A stretch of 64,000 nucleotides of DNA, from contig CBFIDD010000002.1 of NCBI GenBank assembly GCA_965661285.1, positions 192,001 through 256,000 of the forward strand, given 5' to 3'. The stretch is from Poseidonia sp. Its GTDB lineage: Archaea; Thermoplasmatota; Poseidoniia; Poseidoniales; Poseidoniaceae. The notes under the pieces were generated by a model that saw only the letters and a list, made by a program, of their open reading frames with translations, was not told the DNA's origin and ran no database searches. Made by a program: the position numbers and the translations under genes. Each line of letters starts with the position of its first letter. Within the stretch, counting starts at the first letter, position 1. Below, in pieces: positions 1 through 9,611 of the stretch.

Positions 1-1
1 G

Positions 2-118
2 GCCGTGCTCGAACTTCATGCCTACGTTCCCTGCAGCAACTGTGGCGAACTGACGCCCTCACAAGGGACGCACTGCATGAACTGCGGTGCGGTGTTGCCG
101 GCGGGTAGCGCTCAGTAA
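2..118 (+). CDS. 3' end of a Zn-ribbon protein (partial, runs off the window start)
   Basis: Manual translation gives ...VPCSNCGELTPSQGTHCMNCGAVL...*, with two CxxC motifs. It is convergent with proS. Confidence 0.7.
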   Translation, partial: AVLELHAYVPCSNCGELTPSQGTHCMNCGAVLPAGSAQ

Positions 119-1635
119 GACTTGGCCAGCAAAACACGCCGAGTCGTCATCTCACCCGTCATGTGGCAGGGTCGCCCAGCATCGTAGGGATCGGTTGCAT
201 CACCAAGGAACGATAGCCCAGTCGTGCGTTCTATAATTTCTGCATGGGCGTCAGAGCCGTTGAAGGCGAGTTCGTAAATGTGGCCGTCCTTGACCTCCCC
301 GTCCATGCTCCACTGGCCGTCTGCTTCGGTGAAGGCGGGCAGTGGTTGAACGACGTCGTCCATGTGTTGAGAGGCACGTGAACGGAGCTCGACGCTGATT
401 TCGTCAAGCACACGATAGCATTCCTCAACGATGTTGTCCATCGGCAGCGGCTCCTTTCCGCCCGTTCGACGAGCAGCAAAAGCGGTGCCTTGAGCGATGT
501 CTCGTGGACCGATATCAAGACGGAGCGGCACACCTTTGATTTCCCAATCATAGTACTTCTGACCGGGATGGAGGTCGCGGTCGTCCACCTTGACACGCAG
601 ACCGCGTGAGCGGAGTTTGTCCGCGACTTCGTGGGCAACGGCGACGGTGTCCACCTCGAGGTTCTTACGAATCATCGGACAGATGACGACCTGGAAAGGT
701 GCAATCTTGGGCGGCATGATGAGGCCGTTCTCATCACCGTGCATGCCGACGACAGCGCCAAGGAGACGTTCGGACATCCCGTAGGTGGTTTGGTGGCAAT
801 AGGCTTGCTTGGCGTCAAGGTCTTCGTATTTCACGTCGAAAGCTTTGGCCCACTGGTCTCGGTAATGATGGCACGATGCCACCTGGAGGGTTCGCCCGTT
901 GGGCATGACGGCATCGATGCCGATGGTGTACCATGCACCCGGGAACGTGTCCCAAACAGGACGCTTGGCCTTGATGATGGGCAAGCAAAGGTCATGCATG
1001 AGGCGGTCAACGATCTCCAAATCTTCGGCGATCTGTCGGCTTGCGTCCGCTTCGTCTACATGCGCCGTGTGCGCTTCAAAGAAGTGGATTTCCCGCACAC
1101 GAATGAAGGAGCGGGTTTGCTTGGTCTCGTAGCGAAAGGTGTTCACCATCTGGTAAATCTTCAGAGGGAGGTCCTTGTGCGAGCGAATCCACAACGGGAA
1201 CATGGTGTACATGGCCGTCTCTGAGGTCGGGCGCAGGAACATCGGTATGTCGAGGTCGTTTTCGCCAGCGTGCTTGACCCAGTAGACTTCTTTCTTGAAG
1301 CCGCCTTCTTCGTCTTCATCCCGAAGTTCGTCAGGGTCCACGCCTTCCTCCCGGGCTCGTTTGAGCCGAGCGACCAGTGCGTTCTCCTTTTCGAGAAGGT
1401 TTTCAGGAATAAGTAAGGGGAAGTTTACTTCCTCGTGGTTGGTTCGCTCCATTTCGGAGTGCGTCAGTGCGTCGATGAGTTTCATCGTCTTCCAGCCGTA
1501 GGGTCGCCACACGTCCATGCCTTTGATTGGATAGCGTTTGTCAACGAGTTCCGCAGCTTCAACGATGAACGGATACCACTCGTTGAAATTCTCGCTCTTC
1601 GAGGGAATGCCTCGCTTTGCTTTGCGGTTGCCCAT
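112..1635 (-). CDS. proS: Proline--tRNA ligase (archaeal/eukaryotic type)
   Basis: Motifs FNEWY, YPIKG, LRPTSET, FRYE..RSFIRVREI, HQTTYGMSERLLG and the anticodon-binding domain (WEIKGVPLR). Start placed at MGNRK (1635) to avoid overlap with the upstream gene. Confidence 0.96.
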   Translation of the reverse strand: MGNRKAKRGIPSKSENFNEWYPFIVEAAELVDKRYPIKGMDVWRPYGWKTMKLIDALTHSEMERTNHEEVNFPLLIPENLLEKENALVARLKRAREEGVDPDELRDEDEEGGFKKEVYWVKHAGENDLDIPMFLRPTSETAMYTMFPLWIRSHKDLPLKIYQMVNTFRYETKQTRSFIRVREIHFFEAHTAHVDEADASRQIAEDLEIVDRLMHDLCLPIIKAKRPVWDTFPGAWYTIGIDAVMPNGRTLQVASCHHYRDQWAKAFDVKYEDLDAKQAYCHQTTYGMSERLLGAVVGMHGDENGLIMPPKIAPFQVVICPMIRKNLEVDTVAVAHEVADKLRSRGLRVKVDDRDLHPGQKYYDWEIKGVPLRLDIGPRDIAQGTAFAARRTGGKEPLPMDNIVEECYRVLDEISVELRSRASQHMDDVVQPLPAFTEADGQWSMDGEVKDGHIYELAFNGSDAHAEIIERTTGLSFLGDATDPYDAGRPCHMTGEMTTRRVLLAKSY

Positions 1636-1660
1636 GATGTTGGGGCGGACTTCAGTTTCA

Positions 1661-1939
1661 TCAAGATGACGCTTCATCTCGAGCGACATCAGCCGACTTG
1701 GTCAGTGAGAACAACGCCAGCACAGCAGCACCGCACCAGACCACCTCGAGTACCAAAAACGCCCACTCGTCGATCAAGAATGCACGTGCGCCCAAGAGTC
1801 CAGACCCAAGGGCCATCAAGATGAGGTACAACGGCTGTTTGCTGTGAAGGATGTTGCGTGTTTCCAATAGAAATGCCAGAAGAATGCATATCATACCGAT
1901 ATAGCCAATGGATTGAGAGAACCAGCCGTCCGGCGACAT
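1661..1939 (-). CDS. Small 3-TM membrane protein (CBU_0592/PQ-loop-like)
   Basis: 92 aa with three hydrophobic helices and an IGYIGMICILLAF...FLVLEVVW pattern. Confidence 0.7.
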   Translation of the reverse strand: MSPDGWFSQSIGYIGMICILLAFLLETRNILHSKQPLYLILMALGSGLLGARAFLIDEWAFLVLEVVWCGAAVLALFSLTKSADVARDEASS

Positions 1940-1945
1940 GCGCCT

Positions 1946-2551
1946 TCACGACCTGCGAATCAACACAACGAGACCGCCCAAAAGGACGACAAGGGCGACG
2001 ATATCCGGGATGCCGATGCCACCAGCGACGCCGCCTATACCGTTCATGCTCTCGGAAAGCAGGGAGTAAGACCAACCGTCGGATTCGCCGATCTTATGTG
2101 GACTCATGAGGTTGAGTCGCGTTTGTTCTTCACCACGACAGGTCCCTGCTTCGCACAGCGAATTGAAGGCTGATGAAAAGAGGCCAAAGAGGTTCAAGAC
2201 ACACACCACCAAACCTCCAGCGAACACAAAGCGGAGCGGACTTTTCTTCGCAATCGGCATTGGTGGCAAGGCGAGGTCAAGACTCGGTTCGGGAAGCGGG
2301 ACGGCCGGTGTGGCAGGCGCCACCGGTGCGATGACCTCAACGAGCATGTCGGTGGGCGGAGCGACCTCCGTGACGTCCGCAGGCAACGCCAGAACGGTGT
2401 TGGCGTCGCGGGGTTTGACCGGCTGGACGGAGGCAATTTTGATGCCGTAAATGCGGTCGGCAAGACTGACCAGCGTCGGGTCGTCCGCGATGTCTGCAGG
2501 GTCGATTTCACCGTCCAACAATTGTTGAAGACGGTCTTGGGTCGACGTCAT
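1946..2551 (-). CDS. Hypothetical 2-TM membrane protein with Pro-rich linker
   Basis: ORF with GGAGG upstream of MTSTQ and two TM segments. Confidence 0.7.
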   Translation of the reverse strand: MTSTQDRLQQLLDGEIDPADIADDPTLVSLADRIYGIKIASVQPVKPRDANTVLALPADVTEVAPPTDMLVEVIAPVAPATPAVPLPEPSLDLALPPMPIAKKSPLRFVFAGGLVVCVLNLFGLFSSAFNSLCEAGTCRGEEQTRLNLMSPHKIGESDGWSYSLLSESMNGIGGVAGGIGIPDIVALVVLLGGLVVLIRRS

Positions 2552-2631
2552 GGGTAAGCCTCCGTGGTGGTTGCGTGAGCGCTTCCCTTCAAGAAGCCTC
2601 CTTTTGGAAAAATCATACAATTCGGAGGCGT

Positions 2632-3270
2632 TTAGGCCTCTTCGTCGTTGAACTTACGAACGAGTTCAGGCCCGACCAAGGCCGCAGCGCAATGTGGACA
2701 ACGGTCGGCTTGTCCGAGCATCGTAGGCTGAATAGCCAACACGGCAAGGCATGAGGGACAAGCCGCCAACATCTCGCCGTCTTGGAGGTTGAAGGCATCC
2801 GTGGGGTTGCGTCGGAGGTAGCCCATGCGATAGCCGGGGTGCCAGTGGAACAAGCCTCGCCGACCAGAACCCAACGCAGCCCACCCCATCAAAAACGCAA
2901 ACAACAAGCCGGTGATGTACCCGCTCATCAACGCCTGCAGGAGGTTGAGGAAAGCCAAGAACGCAAACATCAGGCTGGCCAAAAAGAGAATCGAGACGGC
3001 CGGCCAGTACGCCCATTGTTTTCGATTGCGGTATCCGCCGTAGACCAGCAGCGCGAAAAAGACACCAGAGCCGAGGAACACCGTACCAGCAGTGCCAGCC
3101 AAGAGGCCCATGGTGGCGAGGGCTGTGGCGAGTAAATACACGACGATGCCGCCGTCGACAAGCACGATGAAACTGGTCCCGCGGTGAATATGAGCAATAG
3201 GGTCGCTTCCGGGGGCTGGGGTCGGTGCGGAGCCCGCAAGGACCATCTCATCCGCTCGGCTTGTGCTCAC
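2632..3270 (-). CDS. Membrane protein with C-terminal Zn-ribbon
   Basis: About 4 TM helices followed by CPSC...CPHC. Confidence 0.75.
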   Translation of the reverse strand: MSTSRADEMVLAGSAPTPAPGSDPIAHIHRGTSFIVLVDGGIVVYLLATALATMGLLAGTAGTVFLGSGVFFALLVYGGYRNRKQWAYWPAVSILFLASLMFAFLAFLNLLQALMSGYITGLLFAFLMGWAALGSGRRGLFHWHPGYRMGYLRRNPTDAFNLQDGEMLAACPSCLAVLAIQPTMLGQADRCPHCAAALVGPELVRKFNDEEA

Positions 3271-3362
3271 GCTTCACCCTCGGTTGAGGTGCATTTGAAT
3301 CATTTGTTTCACGCCCGAGTCCAAAGCGAAGAAGTCTTGACGGTCAGCAGGTTGGCCGAACC

Positions 3363-4565
3363 ATGGCGCTACGCGACACGGACGTGGAAGTGCAGGGCAA
3401 CGCGCTGCTCGGGCAACGCATTGTGCTGGGCATCACCGGCGGCATCGCAGCCGTTGAAAGCGTCCGACTCGCCCGTGCCTTGCGCCGTGAGGGGGCTGAC
3501 CTCACGGTGATCATGACCAATGCAGCACAGCGCATCATCACGCCGCTGGCCGTTCGTTGGGCTTCACAAGCCGAGGTCATCACCGACTGGGACGGCGACT
3601 TGAGTGCACTCAACCACGCTGATGCCGTTCTCGTCGCCCCCGCAACACGGGACGTGATGGCCAGTCATCTCCATGGCCTCCAACACGGACCGCTCATGAT
3701 GGCCCTGTCCGTTGCTCGTTCCCGAAGCACGCCGACGATGATGGTGCCCAGCATGCACCAAGACCTTGCGACCGACCCTGTGACCGATGACATCGTGGAA
3801 GAACTCCGCAGCGAGGGCATGCACGTCCTTTGGGGACCTGAGGAGGAAGGCAAGAGAAAAACACCCGATGTTCAACACATCGTGGCAGAACTGGCTCACA
3901 TCGCCAACAAAAACAAGCCGAATCGCAAAAACATCGTCATCACGCTTGGCGCCACACGCTCGGCCATCGATGATGTTCGCCACGTGCAAAACACCAGTTC
4001 AGGCAGCACCGGCTGGGCGCTGGCCCAACACCTGCACAAGCACGGTCACGACGTGGCGTGCGTGGCAGGAATCACGACGATTCCTGCACCGGCCTGGCTT
4101 CCTCTTGTCCTTCATTGTCCAACTCCAGAGGCCATGCTCGCAGAATGCACTGCGCTGAGCAACGACGCCATCGACGCGTGGGTTCACGCAGCAGCGGTGT
4201 TGGATTATGTGGTTGAACAAGCCGCAGAGGGAAAATTAGCGAGCCAGCAAGGTACGCTCACCCTTCCCTTGATTGAAAGCCCAAAACACATCATTGAACT
4301 CAAGGATGCTTGCGCTTCGGCCGTTCGAATCGGGTTCAAGCTCGAATCTGGCATCAAACAAGCCGACTTGATCCACCGAGCCTACGCCCAGATACAGAAA
4401 GCCGGAATGACCGCCGTGGTCGCGAACCGCCTTGAAGACCTTGGCAACACCAGCAAACCACGGGGCTATTTGGTGGACCAACAAGGCGCCCATTTCGTGC
4501 TCAACACCGTTGATGACCTCCACGAGGCCGTCCAGACCCTCATCGAACGAGGAAAGGAGGCGTAA
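3363..4565 (+). CDS. coaBC: Bifunctional phosphopantothenoylcysteine decarboxylase/ligase
   Basis: Motifs LGITGGIAA, VAPAT, PSMH, IDDVRHVQNTSSGSTG, AAAVLDY, GFKLE and VVAN. Confidence 0.93.
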   Translation: MALRDTDVEVQGNALLGQRIVLGITGGIAAVESVRLARALRREGADLTVIMTNAAQRIITPLAVRWASQAEVITDWDGDLSALNHADAVLVAPATRDVMASHLHGLQHGPLMMALSVARSRSTPTMMVPSMHQDLATDPVTDDIVEELRSEGMHVLWGPEEEGKRKTPDVQHIVAELAHIANKNKPNRKNIVITLGATRSAIDDVRHVQNTSSGSTGWALAQHLHKHGHDVACVAGITTIPAPAWLPLVLHCPTPEAMLAECTALSNDAIDAWVHAAAVLDYVVEQAAEGKLASQQGTLTLPLIESPKHIIELKDACASAVRIGFKLESGIKQADLIHRAYAQIQKAGMTAVVANRLEDLGNTSKPRGYLVDQQGAHFVLNTVDDLHEAVQTLIERGKEA

Positions 4566-4567
4566 GT

Positions 4568-5182
4568 GTGCGCCGTTTCGCCGTGGTCGGACACCGAGCC
4601 ATGTCGAAGGGAAAACTCCCGCTCAACGACCTCGCCGGTGGTGCCGGACGGATGGACGTGCTCATCCGAGCGCTCATGGCAGGATTGATGACGAGCCACG
4701 GCCTGCGAAGCAACACCGTTGTGGTGCTGCATCTTCTGGGAGGACCCGGACCACCACGAAGAGTAAAATTTGACGGCGCCAGCCTCAAGGGATTGCATGC
4801 AGATGAGCGTTCTATAGCAGGAACCATTAGCAAAGTCATCGCCACACCACTTCCTCCCGTGGGCCATTGGCAACCCATTACTGCCGGCATCAGTCATAGC
4901 GGTGGGGCGCTTGAGACCACGCTGCGAGAATGGGAGGGCGGCCACACCGTCCTGCTCGACGCCGATGCCCCTCGCCTGTGGAAAGCAGGCGCTGTCCTTG
5001 CAGACCAAGGCAAGCCAGACGAGCAGGCCATCACGTTTGTCTTGAGCGATGACCAACCGCTTGGCGAGGTGGTTGGAGACGATGTGCTCGCTCGCTCACT
5101 TGGCGACCAGTGGCTCCAAGGCCACATGGCCATCGGCGTGGTCCATTTTCTTATGGACGAAGGCATTGATCTCAATCTTTGA
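4568..5182 (+). CDS. trmY: tRNA (pseudouridine54-N1)-methyltransferase (SPOUT)
   Basis: GTG start; motifs LNDLAGGAGRMDVL, SHGLR, DERS, FVLSD and SLGDQWL. Confidence 0.88.
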   Translation: MRRFAVVGHRAMSKGKLPLNDLAGGAGRMDVLIRALMAGLMTSHGLRSNTVVVLHLLGGPGPPRRVKFDGASLKGLHADERSIAGTISKVIATPLPPVGHWQPITAGISHSGGALETTLREWEGGHTVLLDADAPRLWKAGAVLADQGKPDEQAITFVLSDDQPLGEVVGDDVLARSLGDQWLQGHMAIGVVHFLMDEGIDLNL

Positions 5183-6158
5183 CCAACCAGCGAGGCCAGC
5201 CGTTCAGCGTCGATTCTAGTCCGTGAGCCAGCAGATCTTCGTCAAGCGCAAAGGGATGACTCTGGGGCCATACCGCAAGACACGAAAGGCTCGCTTTGTT
5301 TTCCTCGACGGCATCACAGTCACCTGCGACAATGCCTGAATGGTCCACGGAGGCCGCCCCAATCGTGAAGGTCGCCGTGGCGTTGGGGTCCTCACCGTCA
5401 AATCGCACCGCATTTCGGTACCAGCGTACGCCAAGTCGAGTGGTCGCCCACGTGCCGTCCCATGTTCGTGGGGCGTTGATGTTGAGCATGAGGTCGCCGT
5501 TCGAGAAGGCTGCGAGTAAGGACGCTTCGGGGTCCTCGAGCCAACGGTCGTCGGTTTCGGGTTTTGGCCAAGCACTGAAGTAACCCGTATCGAGTTCGCC
5601 ATGAGGCCGACCGAGGTTCTCAGCACGAAGCGGGAGAACCGCAACGGCCTTCTTCACAGCCTCAAGGGTGGCTTCAACCGCTTTTTCCATGCCCTCGGGG
5701 TCAAACGACGTGAACGAGGCAGCGATGGCGGGGACACCGTACAATCCTGCTTCGCGTGCAGCGCCCATGGTCCCGCTGTGGTAGGCGTCCTGAGAGAGGT
5801 TGGGTCCAAGGTTTACGCCGGAAACTACGAGTTGTGGGTGAACGCCTGGAACGAGGTGGTCCAAGCCTCCGTCCAAGGCAACGATCATCGTATCGCAAGG
5901 CGTGCCGTCGAGCTCGAAGAGATGGACAGGGGTTTGGTGCGGGTCAAGTGACCATGTGTCGACAAGGTCGTCTCGAGCGCGAAGCGGCATGGGTTTCATC
6001 AGATTGATGCGCATACCCGTCGCAGAGTGGTTCGAAGACGGTGCCAGAACCGCAAGAGGATATCCAGCAGCGTGGAGGGCTTTGACCAAGAGGGAGAAAC
6101 CAACGGCTTCAATGCCGTCGTCGTTCGTGAGTAAGAGCCAACCTCGTTGAGCCACCAT
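5172..6158 (-). CDS. surE: 5'/3'-nucleotidase SurE
   Basis: Motifs LLTNDDGI, DGTPCD, VVSGVNLGPN, SGTMGAAREA and LNINAP. Confidence 0.92.
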   Translation of the reverse strand: MVAQRGWLLLTNDDGIEAVGFSLLVKALHAAGYPLAVLAPSSNHSATGMRINLMKPMPLRARDDLVDTWSLDPHQTPVHLFELDGTPCDTMIVALDGGLDHLVPGVHPQLVVSGVNLGPNLSQDAYHSGTMGAAREAGLYGVPAIAASFTSFDPEGMEKAVEATLEAVKKAVAVLPLRAENLGRPHGELDTGYFSAWPKPETDDRWLEDPEASLLAAFSNGDLMLNINAPRTWDGTWATTRLGVRWYRNAVRFDGEDPNATATFTIGAASVDHSGIVAGDCDAVEENKASLSCLAVWPQSHPFALDEDLLAHGLESTLNGWPRWLVKD

Positions 6159-6167
6159 AGGATGACC

Positions 6168-7148
6168 TCAGGCCGTGTTGTTTTCATTGTTCGCTTTGGG
6201 TGATGAGGCGTGTTCAGAGGCAACGACAACCGTCACGAGGCCAACCATCAGCACCAATCCACCAAGCCATGTCCATCTCCCGGGGACACCTGCGTCGAAG
6301 AAGACCCACCCAATCACCGAACCCAAAACAGGCTCGAGCGTGACCGCCACCGAAACCACGAGTGGCGAAATGTAGCGCAAACATGTGTTGAGCCCGGTAT
6401 GACCCAGCAGGCCGGCGATCAGGGCCAACAACAGAAACCAAAGGAAAAACTCCCCTTGTGTCCAACCGAATGCACCGAACTGTGCGAAATCGGATTCAAA
6501 CCACCATGAGAAGGGCAGCAACAACAGGGCCCCGATGAGGGTGACTGGAAAGGCGTAGACAAAGATGGGCATCCATGTCCTCAGCATGCGACCCACCACG
6601 ATGTAGCCCACCACGAACACCGCCCCACCGAAAGCGAGCATATCGCCGAAAAGCGTAGCGGTTTGGTCGCCTTGGGAGGACCCCGTGTCCAGAAGCGTGA
6701 TGCCAGCACCCACGAAACAAACCACTGCGCCGATGGTCTCTCGTGGCAGTGGACGACGAACGGCGGCCACGACAGGAGCGAGAACCATCATGCCCACCAC
6801 AATCACCAGCGGATGGGCCGTTACGAAGAGCAGCGAGTGGGTAAGGGTGGTTTCATCCAGACTTGCTACCCAAGCGCCAAAATGGGCTGCCAACGCCACG
6901 CCGCTCGCTGCCAGCAGTTTCCATGTTCGCTTGGTTCTGAACTGTTTGACCACCTCGTCCTCAAGATTGCGGTATTGATAGAGAAACAGCGGAAACAACA
7001 CCAGCGACGTGAGTTGCAGGCGCCACGAGGCCCGAAGTAGTGGAGGGACAGCGTCGACGTGCTGAAACAACGCCCCTGCACTCGAGACACCGACGACGGC
7101 CGCCACGAGAAGACCCCAAACCCAGCGTGGGGTGCTGGAACCGGTCAT
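6168..7148 (-). CDS. DMT/EamA family transporter
   Basis: About 10 TM helices; motifs ALAAHFGAW..SL, GDMLAF and LEPV. Confidence 0.88.
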   Translation of the reverse strand: MTGSSTPRWVWGLLVAAVVGVSSAGALFQHVDAVPPLLRASWRLQLTSLVLFPLFLYQYRNLEDEVVKQFRTKRTWKLLAASGVALAAHFGAWVASLDETTLTHSLLFVTAHPLVIVVGMMVLAPVVAAVRRPLPRETIGAVVCFVGAGITLLDTGSSQGDQTATLFGDMLAFGGAVFVVGYIVVGRMLRTWMPIFVYAFPVTLIGALLLLPFSWWFESDFAQFGAFGWTQGEFFLWFLLLALIAGLLGHTGLNTCLRYISPLVVSVAVTLEPVLGSVIGWVFFDAGVPGRWTWLGGLVLMVGLVTVVVASEHASSPKANNENNTA

Positions 7149-7160
7149 GGGAACTCACAC

Positions 7161-9542
7161 TCAAGCTTCGGCTGAGGCCGATTCGCCACCGATGACACCG
7201 GCTCGCTTGAACAGGTAATAGATGGCGGCGCCGACGGCCACGTTGATGAGGATCAAACTGGCCATGCGGATGGCGTACCATGCACCTGAATCTGCAAAGT
7301 TTTCAATACCCATCACCGTCCGCATGCCTTCGTCATTGTACCAAAGCGAATCAACGAAAGAGAGGATGCTCGATTCCGTTCCGAAGAAGGCTTCACCCGT
7401 GAGGAGACCTGCGGCGACCATGAAGGTGCTCAACAGAATGAGGGCACGCTGCTTTTCCGCAACGGTCGTCCCCTCTTTCTCTTTCAGGGCATCAATGCGA
7501 GGTCGGAGTTTCTTGTCTTCCCAGCGGTCTCGGGCAACACCACCGATGAGCATGGGCAGCGTGTGCGGGACGTCGAGGTACATGCCCAACCCAAAGGAGG
7601 TGCCCATGCCGGTGGCCCACTCAACAAACATCCCGAGAAGGAACCCGAGGGCGAGCAGCACGAGGTCGCCCTGCCCTTCGGCGAAGATGACCGAGAAGGT
7701 TGCGAAGGCGTTGGCTTGAGGAGCGATCAGTTGAATGCGACCTTCTGCGAGTTGAATCGACAGGAAGATGGCCACACCTGCGCCAATGATGGCACCGGGC
7801 ACAACACCCATGATGTTGCCCTTCGAGATATGATAGGGGCGGTTGCCGATGTAGAGGCTGTTTTTGTAGTCCCCGATGACGGTACCCGACATGGAAATCG
7901 CTGAACCAAACACCGTGGTTCCCACAAGTCCCAACAAAACGGCGTCCTGCGTGTTCAAGGACAGGAGGTCTTGGAAGTTGAGGAACACACCGAGCAACAT
8001 CAGCAGGACGATGAACGATGTTCCCGAAACGGGTTCGATTCCGGTCTCGCCCATGACACGCACGGCGATGGCGCCGAGCATGAACGTCGTGAGAATGAGG
8101 ACCGAGGCAAACACAAGGGCTGCGAGGGGCGAAAAACCACCGATGGTGAAGATGATGATCATGGCGATGAAGGTCACGCCCATGAAGATGGGAATGTGCT
8201 TGAGGGGCCATTCGTACCAGCCCCTTCCTTCCATGTACTCCTGGCTGCCATCGCCCTTGAAGGCGGCCCCGATGTCGGTGAAAATGTTGGCAAACGTGCG
8301 CCACATCTTGGCCAGTCCAAACATGCCGCCGCCAACGATGGCGCCAATGGCGATGGTTCGCACGGTCTTTGCAAAGGCGATCATCTGCAGCGCTGCAGAG
8401 CCACCGCTGGCATAATCCTGAATGGGAATGTTCGCTTGTTGGGATGCGTCATAGATGGGCACGTTCATGAACACCGCCAAGGGGACGAGGAAGAACCAAC
8501 CAACGATGGTACCCATGTTGACCAAGAACGCCACACGGGTCTTCATGAACCAGCCGATGGCGAACATCGAAGGCGTGAGGGCGACGCCAACATAGGTGTA
8601 GGCAAAGGGGTTCCAGGCCGTCTCTTCCGACCAGTGTGTTTGCTTGAGGGAGATACCGTCAACGGTGCCCGATGGTTGGTGAATCTTCCCGTATGAGTAA
8701 AAACTTGCAAGGCCAATATCGCCGTAGTGAACGGATTGGGCAATGAAATCAAGAAGGGCCACCTTGCGGTCGTTCAACCAAATCAGGGGATATTCCACGA
8801 GGAACAAACCCACCATGGTGACCACGGTCCACACCCCGATGGTTTTGAGAGAATCGCGGGCGTGCTCAACAGCACCGGTGCTGACATCCGACGAGATATC
8901 AAGCATCTTCAACGTCGCTTCGAACCCGGGCAGTGGGAGCGGGTCTTCGACCAGCCAGACACGTCTGAAAATGATGAAGTACATCACGCCGAGGAAGCCA
9001 GCGAACATCGAAGCGACAATCCCGATGAAAGCGAGGGTAAACGCCTCACCGTCATCAAGCGTCACAAGTGGCCCGTCGGCTAAAGCGTAAGCCGGTTGAC
9101 TGGCCAGCAGGAAGATGGCGGGGAAGGTGAAGATGAAACCGGTCGAAGCGTGGGTCGCACCGGTGGTCGCCGAGGTGGCGATGTTCACTTCGGATGGCGA
9201 CCACTTCAGCGCCATACCGAGCAGGTAGGCGATGTACCATGCGGCTGAAATGGCCAAACCGAGCTTGAGGCCGATGTAGGCGGTCACACCGGAGAAAACG
9301 GCGCCGATTCCAATACCGATCATCACTTTGGGTGTGTTCCAGTGCGACACCTCAAAGGACTCTTCGAGGTTTTTTTCCTCAAGATACTGCTCCAGCACAC
9401 CGGTGTTGAGGTTGTTGTACATCTCGTCATCAAGCCAGGTCAGCGTCCCGGACTCGATGGCCTTGAGACCTTCTGGTGTGACCGGTTGTCGGTACGCTGA
9501 CTTAGAGACGGTTTTTTCATCCGATGCGTTGGAATTGGACAT
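7161..9542 (-). CDS. OPT/YSL family oligopeptide transporter
   Basis: Motifs YIGLKLG, EVNI, GFIFTFPA, LPLPGFEAT, GETGIEPVSG, APQANAFA and GLGMYL. Confidence 0.9.
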   Translation of the reverse strand: MSNSNASDEKTVSKSAYRQPVTPEGLKAIESGTLTWLDDEMYNNLNTGVLEQYLEEKNLEESFEVSHWNTPKVMIGIGIGAVFSGVTAYIGLKLGLAISAAWYIAYLLGMALKWSPSEVNIATSATTGATHASTGFIFTFPAIFLLASQPAYALADGPLVTLDDGEAFTLAFIGIVASMFAGFLGVMYFIIFRRVWLVEDPLPLPGFEATLKMLDISSDVSTGAVEHARDSLKTIGVWTVVTMVGLFLVEYPLIWLNDRKVALLDFIAQSVHYGDIGLASFYSYGKIHQPSGTVDGISLKQTHWSEETAWNPFAYTYVGVALTPSMFAIGWFMKTRVAFLVNMGTIVGWFFLVPLAVFMNVPIYDASQQANIPIQDYASGGSAALQMIAFAKTVRTIAIGAIVGGGMFGLAKMWRTFANIFTDIGAAFKGDGSQEYMEGRGWYEWPLKHIPIFMGVTFIAMIIIFTIGGFSPLAALVFASVLILTTFMLGAIAVRVMGETGIEPVSGTSFIVLLMLLGVFLNFQDLLSLNTQDAVLLGLVGTTVFGSAISMSGTVIGDYKNSLYIGNRPYHISKGNIMGVVPGAIIGAGVAIFLSIQLAEGRIQLIAPQANAFATFSVIFAEGQGDLVLLALGFLLGMFVEWATGMGTSFGLGMYLDVPHTLPMLIGGVARDRWEDKKLRPRIDALKEKEGTTVAEKQRALILLSTFMVAAGLLTGEAFFGTESSILSFVDSLWYNDEGMRTVMGIENFADSGAWYAIRMASLILINVAVGAAIYYLFKRAGVIGGESASAEA

Positions 9543-9611
9543 CAAAATCACCCGCGACGCGACAGCGTGCTGGTGTTCGGTTGGGAAGGCACTTCATGAC
9601 CGTTGCGATGG

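Noticed and set aside
2568-2579. TGGTTGCGTGAG upstream of two minus-strand genes (also near 56637)
   Set aside because: Only two instances, at different distances from the start codon; not enough to call a regulatory motif.
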